A stretch of DNA of 62,126 nt, counting the filler, from Basidioascus undulatus (lineage: Eukaryota), in the NCBI GenBank assembly GCA_000826855.1. It is 5 parts of 5 records of this genome, joined end to end, with 100 filler letters (N's around TTAATTAATTAA, not from the genome) between each part and the next. Parts side by side here need not be neighbours in the genome. Positions count along the whole stretch, not along the records: positions 24,918 to 37,250 come from JTLS01000916.1; positions 37,351 to 49,689 come from JTLS01000917.1; 3 more parts are not named here. One strand, 5' to 3'. The first letter of the stretch is position 1, and every line of letters starts with the position of its first letter. Both the position numbers and the translations under genes were made by a program. Shown here in pieces: positions 27,108 to 39,512 of this stretch. The notes under the pieces are model-generated. The model saw nothing but the letters and a program-made list of their open reading frames with translations, did no database searches and was not told where the DNA came from.

Positions 27108-29428
27108 ATGTCTTCTGTTCCCTACGCAACCGCCGCCCCCGATGCCCAGCCAAAGCGCCAGCTGGTGTTCAACGCGTTTGTTATGAACACTCCGGGGCAT
27201 TTGTCCCCGGGCCAGTGGAAGTTCCCCGGGGACCGGGCCAGGGAGTTCGCGACATTGAAGTACTGGACCAACGTGCGTATTCACTTCGTCCTTCGCGTTT
27301 GTCTTTACAGCCAAAGCTCATGGGTACGTAAAAGCTCGCAAAATTGGCAGAAAAGGGCAGGTTCAATGCAATCTTGTGATATCCTTCATACTCTGTGCTG
27401 ATACTGCCAGTGTACTGAACCATCTGCATCAGTATCGCGGACGTGTTGGGCGGTTACGATGTGTACAACGGCAACCTGGATGCGGCGTTGCGCACGGGTG
27501 CAGTGCGTCTTTTATGCCCCGATACGGCCGCAACCGTACTTAATTTTGTTTTGTTTATAGCAATTTCCGGTGCATGACCCCTTCCAGGCCATCAGTGCCA
27601 TGGCTGCCGTGTAAGGCAACATCTGAAGCCTGCCTTTGAACGGTGGACTGACATGTCGCATGTCTATAGTACCAAAAACCTCGCGTTCGGCATCACCCAA
27701 TCGACGACGTACGAAGTAAAGACCATCTTTGGTTTCTCCGAAAGCACCGCTCACCTCGGTGGCCCAGGCGCCGTTCACCGTCGCGCGCCGCTACTCGACA
27801 CTGGATCACCTCACCCAAGGTCGCGTAGCGATCAACGTCGTCACCTCGTACCTCGACTCTGCTGCCCGCAACCATGGACTCAAGCAGCAGCTCCAGCACT
27901 CGGAACGGTACGAGCGCGCTCACGAGTACCTGGAGGTAAGTCACCTTTTCCTGTACTGTTCCTCTCGCACTTACCTCTACCGATCCTTGTGGAAACGCTC
28001 CTCCTGACAATTGAGGCTGCAGGTCCTGTACAAGCTTTGGGAATTCAGCTGGAGGGACGACGCCAAGGTGCTGGACGTCGAGAAAGATCTCTATTACGTG
28101 CCCGAGCGGGTTCGTGAGATCAATCACAAGGGCAAATGTGGGTCTTCTCAAATTTATATTTTCTGCGTTGTCTTGGGTTAACCTGACTTTTTATCACCTA
28201 ACACACACACACACTATAGTCTTTAATGTCAGCGGTCCACACATTGTGGAGCCGTCGCCTCAGCGTACTCCTCTCATCTTCCAAGCCGGTAAGGGGCATT
28301 CTCTACTCTGAAGTTTAACCGGGAACTTAACACCTTTCCGTGTTCAGGATCTTCTGGTCCTGGTCTCGACTTCGCTGTCCGCCACGCGGAGGCGATCTTC
28401 GTCAGCGGCTCGGATCCGCGTATCGTCCGCAAGAGGGTGGACACCGTGCGCGCAGGTGCGAGCAAGATCGGGCGCGACCCGCGGTCGGTCAAGGCCGTTG
28501 CGGGCATCACCGTCATACTCGGACGCACTGCCGAGGAAGCGAAGGCGAAGCTGGAGGCGCACAGGAAGGTCCAGTCCATCGAGGGCGCGCTGGTTCTCCT
28601 TGGAGGGTGAGTCAGTGGGCCTGGCCTGCGAAAAATGCTGGAAGCTGATCCGAGTTTGATTTCAGGTGGACTGGCAACGACCTCGGTATCTATAATGACG
28701 ACGAGGAGCTTCGTCTTGTGGAGTCGAACGCAGTCAAATCGGTGAGTGAAGGCATTTTCGTTGCTGGGTAGCCTTTGTAGGAAGCCGCTCAGACTTTGAA
28801 GCATCATAACAGACCATTGAGACATACTCGAAGTGAGCATTTCTTTCTACCTTGATGGAAAGAATGCCCTCGCTAATTTTGCTGTGTGTTTCTTCCATCA
28901 GTCGCTTTCCGGATGTCCCGAAGTGGACCAAAGCCCGCATTGCTCAGCATGTCGCGTGAGTTCGAGTCACGTAGAAAAGATGTCACGATTCTAACTGAGC
29001 TCCGTCTTCCGGCAGTCTTGGTGGAAACAGCCCGGCACTTGTCGGCACGCCAGAGAGTGTCGCCGACGAGCTTGAGCGCTGGGTGGAAGTCGGAGACGTC
29101 GACGGTGCGTTCCCTCAAACGCCTCTCGCCACTCTCACACCTCACTCATCTTGCCACCTCCCCTTGTTTTTCAGGCTTCAACTTCGGCTACATCGGCTTC
29201 CCAAGCACGTTCGAGGACATTGTCGAGCTGCTCTTTCCTGAGCTCGAACGTCGCGGGTTGCATCGGGCCGACTTCCCCGCCACGAAGGACGGGGAGCCGC
29301 TTACGGCCCGTGAGAACTACTTCGGTGTGGGCCAAAAGCACCTTCGGGACGACCACGTGGGCGCGCAGTACAAGTGGCGCATCCCTGAGCAGGTGGACAA
29401 CGGCGCTGGCGCCGCGAACAAGGAGTGA
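27108..29428 (+). CDS. Luciferase-like FMNH2-dependent monooxygenase, NtaA/SnaA/DszA family, about 13 introns
   Basis: NAFVMNTPGHLSPGQW, IADVLGGYDVY, TKNLAFGITQSTTYEAPFTVARRYSTLDHLTQGRVAINVVTSY, PSPQRTPLIFQAG, HAEAIF, VGTPESVADELERW, DGFNF, LFPELERRG, TARENYFG; stop TGA at 29426-29428. Confidence 0.93.
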
Positions 29429-29721
29429 CTAAGCGAGGAGGGCGGAGTGTTTGTGTAGACCTGGCTTTCATAATATCGGTGTTTGGTGTGTCAATTCTGG
29501 AGTGGCATGCTTCAACGGTGCAGTGCTGTGTGGGGTACATCTATGAATTATGAAAAGGGCATGTATAGCCCAGACGCTACCTTGCAAGGTGAATGCAGCG
29601 TCAGTCACCCTCGAGGAATTCAACATGCACTTCCCAAGGTCAGAAAAGGAGACCTCGGCGGCTGCCCTGTAGATTAAGTCAATCGGGGAAGAAAGCGTCT
29701 CGAGCAGCGGTGGCTGTTTGG

Positions 29722-31300
29722 ATGAATTACTTGACCGCCATTGGACTGGACTTGCCACCACGATTACACATCATACAAATAACTTCTGACCTGGACAGGA
29801 GACCTCAATTTCAAACTGGCTTCATACTTTCAACCTTCAGTTGGGACGATGCATTCGCCTTTGCCTTGTCCTCCAATAATCCTCCAATACTTTACCCCTC
29901 CCTTAATTTCAACGTAACAATAAGCTTACTTCCACGGTTACTATTTGGAAGAGAGCACAGCGAATGGGCAGCCACAAGCTGAGACTGCTCGCATTCGGCA
30001 CTGGCACTAGCTGGTGCAAACGGCACTGGCTGTGAGTGTAAGCGTTACTGCTCTTCGACTTCCGGAGCGGCTAACGGCTTTCTTATCAATGAAATGTTTG
30101 CTTTGGCTCTTCTGGTCTCGTATGCAGCAAGCGCTGGCATTGCGACAAGCTACTATATTCCTCGCAAAGACGGCTCGGCGGTGGAGGAGTTCACTTATGT
30201 CTACTCCTTCCTACCTATGGTCGCTGGTGTTGCTATCATACTTCAAGGCATTCTTGCTCTTGCCATCTTACTATGCACGACGGTTCCCACCTGGAGCAGC
30301 AGCCCACTCGATGTAGCTCCGACTGCTGCTGCCGGCGGACTGTTGCACCCTGTGCCCGCTCGCTGATGCGCTCCGTCGCCGACTCGCAGTCTGCATCCTC
30401 GGACCCGTTTACCCTCGTGATCTGAAGCGTTCAGCATAGATTCTCACTCTTCCGTCCGTCGTGTAGTATGGTTCACATGGGCCCTTGTCCCGGCCAGCCT
30501 TCTGTGGGGCGGTATCATATGGGCTATCATCGCCAGGCGCAGGGATGAGGGCGATCCCCCTCTCAGCTGGAGTTTCCTCCCTACTAGCCGGCCAGCTCAA
30601 TATAACACAGTCAGCCTTCTCGAATCCAGTCATCCTGTCCCTGCCTCTTTCGGCAACGTCGTGATCACGCTCGTGATTCAAAGCTTCGTCACCTTCAACT
30701 TCCACTGTGTGAGCTCGTCGTAACGCTCGTCCGGGATGAGCACGCCTGGCGTGCCGCTTCCAGTAGGTCCGGTGCTCATCCTACCATAAACTCGCTCTTG
30801 GCGGCAATCAAGAACTGGCCGGGCCTTATTCTCCTCACTGCGAAGGCGTTGCTGCACTGGATGTTTGGGAATGCGATGCCAGTCAGTAACTTTACAATTA
30901 TGAGGCCGGTTCAAGTAAGAGTATCAGGTTCCTGAAATCAATTATTTTCCCGCTGACCAAGCCACACGGCTGCGGCATTGACGACGCACAGATCCTTTAC
31001 CTCTCTGTGGGCTTGGCGCTGCGTTTGTGACCTTCGTCACCACTCGTCGCCCGCGTGAGCCCCAGCGGGCCGCATATGGCAATTTCCAGACGCTCGTGGA
31101 CCTCATCGACGAAAGGTCGCCCCACATGTACTGGGGCGACAAGACATCGGAGGAGGCGGCAACCGTTCGTCATGCAGGTGCGCTACCCGACTTTACGCAT
31201 GAGCTAGAACTCTCGCTCACCTTCATGTTTCTTCCAGGAACGACCTCCAAACGTCTTCCTCCTGTGCGCTTGGACGCTCTGTACGAGCTCTCTGATTTCA
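29722..31300 (+). pseudogene. Disrupted fungal multi-pass membrane protein of unknown function
   Basis: Hydrophobic segments plus motifs TWSSSPLDV, LLHWMFGNA and PQRAAYGNFQTLVDLIDE..MYWGDK..HAGT; in-frame stops at about 29980 and 30364 and frame changes. Confidence 0.5.
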
Positions 31301-32499
31301 CGCTCCCTGACTTCACCGCATCATATATGTATTGCGACCCGTGCTTTGAATGCCAAAGGCCTCAAGGCTCTCCTCGTCACCCCCAAGCCGTGTTCCATTA
31401 CCTTCGGTCGCTCACCATGCAGAGATCACCAAGAGCCTTTCTGGCTCGCCCGAAAATACCACGCATTGCAAGCTTCACTATGTCTGTAATCAGAAAATTT
31501 GAGGCTATGATTGACTTAAAATATGGAGAATTACGTGGGTGCACAAGCCGTTTAAGCGTGGACTGCTTGTATGTTCACGCTGCAAACGACCGCAACTCGT
31601 CTCCTCCAACCCGAGTTCGCGTTCAAAGCGCCCACATTCTATGATAAGGATTGGTGCACCTATTTTACCTGATATGGAACGGGTCCTGTGGGCCCAAAAC
31701 AATGTGTTGCGGCAGAACACAAACCGCCAGCCGCAAAGACCTTGGATGAGACTTTTGGGCTCACGCGGTAGGCAAGGGTGCAGTTGGGCTCCATCGCGAA
31801 CCGACGGGCTTCACTTAAAATATCCTGAACTACTTATGACGTTGGGATGTCCACAAGAGCATTAGGTAGCCTCACCGTCATCCGCATAATCAACTACCGT
31901 CCAACTCGGCGTCTACGAAACGGTTTCCCCTAAACCGTTCGCGATACCCGAGCACTTCGAGGCCATGCATAAACATAAAGCCTTTATTAAAAATATGAAT
32001 TCCATACTGGCAGAAGCTGCATGTCGAACAGTAGGTCGACTCAGTCGGCGTCGGTGCTCTTGATAGCGCTTGCTGGCTTAAATTGATTGGGAACCTGACA
32101 GAACTGCACACGACTTAAATCAACCGAACACAAGGAACGAAAGGCATCGATATGGCGGTACATGCATGGTAATAAGTGTCAATTATCAATGAGTTGGGGA
32201 CGAGTGTAACGCATTTCTAGTGCAGGTGAAGGCGAAGGTTGCGAGAGGAAGAGCAGAAGTCCGTGTTTACAATGAATGTTGAAAGAGAGAATAATGGCAT
32301 TTGCTAATGAGTGGATTTAGAAAATGTGATTTTATAGTGTATAAACGGTCCACGATAGATGAGAAAAAAGGATTGTGGGAGGCCAGCTGCAGAGGTAGTC
32401 GGGGACGGAAACCGCGATGTGGGACTGTCCCGCGCAAGGGACGTATTTCGTCAGTTCCAAGTACAGCCTACTATAGCTTGGGAAAAGAAGAGCTCACCT

Positions 32500-34326
32500 C
32501 TACTTTTGCGGGCTAACCGTAAGACTTGAGTACGTGTAACAAAGAGGAAACTGGGTGGTGTCCATCGCATCGCGCACCGCGACGCCGTCCATCATCCCGC
32601 CGAAGATCATTGGGTCGTCGAGCGAGGCCTTCCCGAGGCGCTCCGCCGTGGCATCGATCATGACCGTGTTGCCCTCGAACGCTGTCAGACGGGCGGGGTG
32701 GTCGAGCGCCTGCCACGCCGACCACAGCCTGTCGACGTTCGTGTGGTGCAGGTAGAAGAGAGGGTCGTTGGCGGCGGAAGAGTCTGGAGGAGAGCAAGAG
32801 CGGTCAGTAAGAACGCAGCGTGAGAATATGGTGATGAGATCTTGACTCACTCAAGCGGACACCTTGAGCCATGTCGCCGCCCAAGGCGACGTGGATGGTG
32901 GAGTCTGGGGTGCGGTTGCGAAATCACAGTCAGGCGATACGAAATGATATGAGAGAAGAGAGGACGCACGAGGGCCGATTATACGTCCGCGCTCGGACGG
33001 GATATTGCCCTCGAGGAGGTCACGGAAATCAAAGTAGCTCTCCTGACCGAGGATGAAGGCCATGCGCTCGGGGTTGCTGCGCGATGCAGGCTTGATTAGC
33101 CGACTGCGAGGGCACAAGTACATTTTGGTCAAGAACCGGCAGACTTACATGGTCTCGCCGTAGTAGAGGCCAGAACTTAGATAGGTATTCAATAAGCAAC
33201 AGACCAATGGAGTATAGCTGTGTTACTCACGGGGCGGGGATGGATGGGAAAGGCGACGAGCGCAGATTGCGGGAGAGCTTGTGAGTGAACCTGGGCGTTG
33301 TTTCAATGTCAGCGGGGTTCTAGTAGAGGCCGGAAACTCAGAATGCATACGGGATGGTGATGTCCATGAAGGGGTAGGCGCCGTCTGACACGATTTCGGC
33401 TTCTGAATTCACCAACACGATAGCAGTCAGTACTCAGCGGCGATCATGGAATACGATGCAAACGCACGGAAAAGGTTGCCCTCGACGTAAGAGCCGAAGC
33501 TGCCATGTCCTGCTTCGGGGTCACTGTCCCAGATGGGGGAGGCGGAGAGGTCGGCGTAGTCGAGGTCCCAGCTCCAGTCTGGTGGAGAAGTCAGGATATT
33601 GCTGAGAGAGAGCGAGGTGGTGAAATGCACTGGCTTACAGGGCATCTCTTCAGTGAGGCCACACGCCTTGAGTTCTTGGTGGAAGAGCCATACGAACCTA
33701 CAGGTCCTCGAGTTTGTAAGCCTCTGACTCGTTGGTGGAGTGAGAGACAGCTCTTACCACCGATGCCAGGGCAGGAACTGCGCAGAATGGAAGAGAAATC
33801 AGCGACACTCAACGGGTGGAGCTCAACAGACTCACCTGCGCCACCCAGTGGATATCTTGACCCGGCTGCCAGTGAACCCACTCAAACTGCAGCCAGAATC
33901 CTCAAAACCTCTCAGCGACAGTCCTCCCCATAGCCCAGACAGCGAGTCACTCACGTCTTCGAACCTCCCCGTGCTCGGGAACTCGTTGCTGAGCCCAAGC
34001 GACTCCTTCTTCCTCATGCAGTTGAGGGCCTGCATGTAGTTTATGCGCTCCTCCCGCGAAAGGTCGCGCCAGTCCTTGCGCAGTCCGATCGACTCGCACG
34101 TCCCGACCTTGCCGATCGCAGCGCCCGCAGACTGGAGACTGCTTTTCAGTCCACCAGACTCCGGCCGGTCGTCGCCATCTGTGGCGGAGTCTACTATATC
34201 GTTGGCCTCCCGCACGGCCCCCTCGGCCAGGTCGTCGACGAGGTCGGTTGGTTGTGGTAAAGCGTGGGCTGGGAGGAAGAGGGCGAAGGCGAGCCAGATG
34301 AGAGCGGAGGAGGACGTGCAGCGCAT
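32500..34326 (-). CDS. Secreted tyrosinase-like di-copper-centre protein
   Basis: Signal peptide MRCTSSSALIWLAFALFLPAHA; LRKDWRDLSREERINYMQALNC; CuA His in FEWVH..DIH..FLPWHR; PYWSW; CuB His in GPHSTIH..ANDPLFYLHHTNVDRLW; C-terminal LCYTY. Exons join in frame. Confidence 0.92.
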
Positions 34327-35928
34327 GGTGGCGAGTGCAAGTGTGGCTCGGAGCTTCGGTGGGGGAGATGGGTGGGAGACGTGAGAGGAAAAGGGGTGGC
34401 TAGGAACAGTTGAGGTCTTTTGTATCCCGGAGTGTGATGAAGAGGTGCGAAGCGTGGCATGCAAAATAGATAGCGACCACCGGGTAGCGTTACGGCACGG
34501 CAGGGGCTGGAGTTGGTTTACCTTCGCATCTGGGGGGGCGAGGGAGACAGGACAGGAATACACGCGAATTGCGAGATGCAGAACCAACATTCAAGGGTGG
34601 CAGACCCAACAGGTCCATCGGCCCATCCCGCAGGGTAAGGCGCCAGCACTGTTTCGTGCGGGTTTGTCTCTAGGCCCGTTGAGGCAAATCAGACGTCCAT
34701 TTCCCCCTTCCCGCATCAAACAATGAGCTTTCGTCTGGTCTCTTGGATCCGGGTCTGCAAGACATGTAAATATTCTCTGTCTAGTCTTGACGGAGCTCTT
34801 TCAAGCGTTCGGAGGGCAGTTTTGGCATGAGACCGCTCCCATCCCAGACCGCTCCACACGCGCCATCGGCACTTGAGCATGTCTCTAAGCCAAAGAAAGG
34901 CTTGAGAAAGACATCTATCACTTGAGTGACACGCACTGGTTTCGCTGTGAAGCTTTTTACGCTTGCACATGGTGGACGCCGCCCGTGCATCGCCGTGGAT
35001 GTCAGACGTTCGGGGGCTCGGGTTGGGACAACGTTCTAGCTATATGGAAGATAAAACAAGTTGCCTAATTATCGTTCTTGAGAGAGAGCACTTTGTACAC
35101 TTGCGTACTTCACATACACACACAGACTCTCTCCCCAATCGATGCTTTCCTCGGAAGGTCGCAGTTTACCGAACCTCATAAAAATAAAAGGAACCCAGCC
35201 ATCAGAGAAGGGTAGAGGAAACGCCTGAAATGTGGTACAGTTATACCACATCGCCGGTGCGTCAGGAACCAATTTTCAGAGGTCCAGTAACGGCCACTGA
35301 CGCTCAGCTGCAGCTGTAGGTCGGATGGGCTGAAAACTCGTGGGAACGGGAAGTTTGGTTGGAAAATATCTCCTATAACATGTCATCATGCAGGCCTTGA
35401 GCTTGAGCTTGAGCAGTGCAACACTGCAACATTGTCTTTGAGTGCAGTGTGAGGAGTAACGTTGCGGTTGTCCGACATCAAGAGGTATCAAGGCCCTTGA
35501 CTCATTACTCAAGGATCTGTTGCTGGGAAACTGTTAATAACTACACGAGAAGAAATGTCTGGCTTTCTGCGGCGATGTGCTGTGATCGACGTGAGTGTCC
35601 ACTGTTTGACCGAGAGAACGCGCATGGAAATGGAACACAGTAGTTTACCTTATCCACAGAATTTAATAGACCGGGTCAAAAAGTGATCATTGCTCTATTC
35701 TGCCTTGCCAAGTGGGACGACGCGAGCCGAAGTAGTGCCACGGCCTGAACCCAGCGAGCAAGCGGACTTTGCCGCGCAAACTCTCAGTCTCGCCCTCTTT
35801 GACGCTCGCCATCCCCGCCTCCTCCGCCCGCATCCCCCGTCGCGTCTCAGTCGCGTCTTCTACTTCCCTCCCATCTCCTGCACCAGTACCCCTCCATCTT
35901 CTTCTTCTTCTCGCACATCAATCGATTG

Positions 35929-37250
35929 ATGCCGGCCAAGAAGCGCACGCGCCCGAGCGTGCTCGACCGCGACGTCTGGTCGCTCTCGTACGTAGAGGAC
36001 AACAGCTTCGGCCCCGCCTCAGAGCCGCTCGACATCGCGCGCTTCGTCGCCGACGCAGAGCGCGTCGTCGAAGACGTCCAGGCGCTCGAGATTCCCGAGT
36101 CTGAGCACGAGAGGATCGAGGCGATCTGCAGGTGCGCCTCATCCCATGTTCCCTCGCTGGGTTGTTGGATGAGACGCTGAAGGACGGCGGGCTGTGCGGG
36201 AACAGCTTGGAGCCGATCCTCGGACCTAGGGACGACATTCTTGCCGAGCCACGACTCGTCCATGTCATCCGCTCAGTCGTCGACATGCGCCTGAAGAACG
36301 CCCTCCCGGCTAGCATGGTGGACAAGGTCAAGGTCTCCACGACGGGGAAGGGCAAGGGCGCGAAAGGCAAGGGAAAGGGGAAGAAGACGACGCCTGGCGA
36401 GGGAGGTGAGGGTGAGGAGGCCGAGGAGGAAGACGAGGAGGACGAGGAGGACGACGATGAGGATGAGGCGAGGAAAGAGTGGCGCGAGAGCGTCAGGCAC
36501 GAGCTGGAGCACTGCCCTCTTCGCATCGCCAGGTGCGTCTTCCTCTTGAATCGAGCGAGTTTTCTCCGGGACCCGCTGACGCGACGATTCCATAGACTCC
36601 CTCCCGAAACCCCGTCCTACACCCGCAAGTCGCGCCAACCCGACTACACAGCCCTGATCGCGCCGATCCCCTCGACCGCCTCGTCCGCGTCCGCCCCCGC
36701 ATCCATGCCGCTCGCGCTGCTCGAGTTCACGCTCCACGCGCGGTCGGACAAGTCGACCGCGCTGCCGATCCAGCAGAAGATCGTGCTGCACTCGGAGCAG
36801 ACGCTCGCGGACCTGCGCGACGCGATCAAGTGCGAGAGCGACCGCATGCCGGTCGAGGACGCCGATGGGTGGAGGGCCGTGTCGAGGGTTGCCGGCGCGT
36901 GCTTTGGGATCGAGGGCGTGCTATATTCGGATACGAGGGAGGAGGGCGTGCTGGATTACGCGCAGTACGTCAAGAGAGCTCGGATGGCTTGTTCGGGTTG
37001 TCGGATAGCTAACAAGGCATTGCGTCGCAGGGCCGTTCTCTCCGCCCTTCCTGTCCCTTATCGGGCGTCGACAACCCCGATGCACCTCACGACGTTCTCC
37101 TCCCTTCCGCTGCGCACGGACCAGCCGTACTGGTACCTCCACCAAGGCAACTGCGAGCACCTCTTCACTCTCTCTTCCATCCGGTACGTTTCCCCCCCAC
37201 CCCTTCCCCTTTGCCCTTTCGCTCGCTCCGGTCCGTCCGCGCCATCCCCT
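35929..37250 (+). CDS. SNAPC3: snRNA-activating protein complex subunit 3 (SNAP50) homolog, 3'-truncated
   Basis: QTLADLRDAIKC, ACFGIEGVLYSD and TFSSLPLRTDQPYWYLHQGNCEHLFTLSSIR match the SNAP50 C-terminal Zn-finger lead-in (PY.Y.HQG.CEH). Confidence 0.8.
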
Positions 37251-37350
37251 NNNNNNNNNNNNNNNNNNNNNNNNNNNNNNNNNNNNNNNNNNNNTTAATT
37301 AATTAANNNNNNNNNNNNNNNNNNNNNNNNNNNNNNNNNNNNNNNNNNNN
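37251..37350. other. Artificial contig linker
   Basis: N44-TTAATTAATTAA-N44. Confidence 0.98.
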
Positions 37351-39284
37351 GCGGAGGAGGTGGAGGGGGAGGCGGCGGGCGCATCGTCGTCCGTTACCCA
37401 CTCTTCGACGTCCTCCGTGACTGTTGATTTTGTGTGACGAGCGAGTCAGTCGAGCGGAGATGCAGGACAAGAAAGAAGAGGGAAGACAGGGAAAGCAGAT
37501 GGGAGGGCCAGGGTGGAAAGATTGAGAGGAAGAGGGAGGACGGACCCATGTACCCCTTCCCATTCAGCCTGTGCACCGAGCGCACGACCTTCTTCTTCCC
37601 CTTCCTGCTGCTCGCCGTCCCGCCTCTGCTGGACTTCGCTCCGGCGGTGGCGGAGGAAGCCTTCTTGCTGCTCGTGCTCGGTCTTTGCGCCGGCGGGGGC
37701 GGGGGGTCGGAGGAGGGCTGGAAGTCTGGTGGGAGATGACGAGTGAGCGATCATGGGATGGGAGTGGGGGAGGGGGTAGGAAGGAGGGGAAATGAGAAGG
37801 GGAAGAAAAGGCAGGACAACGCACCGTCCTCGTCCAGCCCATCCAAGTCCATCAGCGCCCGCTGCTCTGCCTCGATCTCCTCCTGGCTGAGCGTGCGGCC
37901 CTGGACGCCCTTCGCCTTCTTCTCCTCCTTCTTCTCCTCCTTCTCTTTCTTCTCCTTCTTCTGTGCGGGAGGCGACTCGGACTCGGACTCCTCCGAGTCG
38001 GAGAGGATTGCCCCGCGCGAGAGGCGCACGCTCGAGCTGCGCGGGTTTGGCCGGGGGGAGGGGTCCGCGGGGGAGCCGGCCGCTTTGCGTTTGGTGCCCT
38101 GTGGTTGGTGGGGGGATGTCATAGAGCGCGGGAAGGAGAGGAGGAAGAGTAGAGAAGGGGAGGGGGGAGGGGACGCACAGCAGTGGATTTGGAGGACGGC
38201 TTCGGCTCGTCCTTCACCTTGGACTCGTCGGCCATCTCTACATCCTCACCCTTCTCCTTCTCTTTCGCTTTGCCCTTCTCCTCCTTCACCGCCGGAGGAG
38301 GCGCGGGCGCCTTGCCCTTCGGCCGCCCAAAGAAGTCCTTCGCCTCCTTCTTCGGCGCAGCTGCTACCGCGGGCGCAGGGGCAGGGGCAGGCTTGGACTT
38401 CGAGGACGAGGCTGCTGCGGGCGGGGGGACGGGCTTTTTGGAGGTGGATTTGGAGGAGAGGGCGGGGCCCTGAGGTGGGGATGGATGGGATTTAGTGAAG
38501 GGAAGAGAGGGAGAGGGAGCGGAAGTGGGACCAGGACACGCACGATCTCCTTGCACTTCTCGTTGATGATCACGCCCAGCGCGGCGCGGTTCTCGGCGCG
38601 GGAGAGCGCGGACGCGTCGGGGTCGGAAGGGTGCGGGGAGGAAAGGAGGAAGGGGTCCTACGGTTTTGTACGGTTCAGTCATGCCATGGGGAAACCGAGA
38701 CGGGAGGACGACACACGGTGATTTGGAACGCCGAAAGCGCGTAGACGTAGGTTGAAGTGATGTGCGAGAAGGACTTGCGAGCGTCTATAAACGAGAGAAT
38801 GAGCTGAGCACGACGCGGTCCACCAAGCGACCGAACTGGTAAACGTACTCTCGTATTCGTCAAGCCCAACAAGCTGTACCACATGCGCGCCCGCCACGGC
38901 GCCACTGTCGTCGTCGGGCTGCATCACGTCCGAGCTGCGGGTGCCGGCGAGGGCGAAGATGGGGTGGAGGGTCGGGTGGTCGGGCTTGGACTGGGAGGAC
39001 GCGAGGAAGGCGTAGAGAATGCTGGGGGGGAAGGCGAACTCAGCTTGTTGTCTTGAGTAGCTGATGAGTGAATTAAAAGATGAGAAAGGAAAAGCGCACT
39101 TTTTGGACTCGTTCACATGGATTCCCAGCTCGCGCGACAGGACGCGGTAGGTAACCTGGAGCAGTGGACGCGGTCAGTGTGCGGGGTTGCAGCAGAGTGA
39201 AGCCAAAATTGGGCGTACAATGCGCTTGTCATCGTACAGCGCTGCTGAGAGAAACTTGTCTGCGGCTGGCGGAATGGTAGACAT
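37351..39284 (-). CDS. cdc27: DNA polymerase delta subunit 3 (Cdc27/Pol32/POLD3), 3'-truncated before the PIP box
   Basis: MSTIPPAADKFLSAALYDDKRI-VTYRVLSRELGIHVNESK..LYAF is the winged-helix N-terminal signature; K/P/A-rich linker; KGKKKVVRSVHRLNGKGYMVTEDVEEW near the C-terminus. Confidence 0.82.
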
Positions 39285-39329
39285 TGTGCGCTGAGGTCGT
39301 TTGATGGCAGAACAGAGCAAGGCACTTTG

Positions 39330-39348
39330 GACGCGTCCAAGTCGCGTC
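39330..39348 (-). promoter_or_regulatory. Paired MCB-like elements in the 228-bp divergent cdc27/DBP5 promoter
   Basis: GACGCGACTTGGACGCGTC on the cdc27 sense strand; ACGCGT at 39331-39336 lies inside the 14-bp palindrome TTGGACGCGTCCAA; CGCGAAA at 39431-39437. Confidence 0.5.
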
Positions 39349-39512
39349 GCATGGTACCTGCATAACTCCGATTGAATTTCATATCACCGAAACCGAGGGA
39401 ACTTCGGGCTCGAGGCTCGTGCATCCTAGTCGCGAAACAGGCGACTGCCATCTCACAGACGCCGTCTTATCCTCATCGTACTTTCACCTCCCACCACACC
39501 CACACACACAGA

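Noticed and set aside
27108..29428. Recent bacterial horizontal transfer of the DszA/NtaA-like monooxygenase
   Set aside because: It has about 13 spliceosomal introns and the family is common in fungi; nothing here suggests recent transfer.
15818..34326. A RiPP-like cluster made of the repeat precursor, the tyrosinase and the flavin monooxygenase
   Set aside because: The precursor is on a different contig from the two enzymes, SLD2 is its neighbour, and no DUF3328/UstYa gene is visible.
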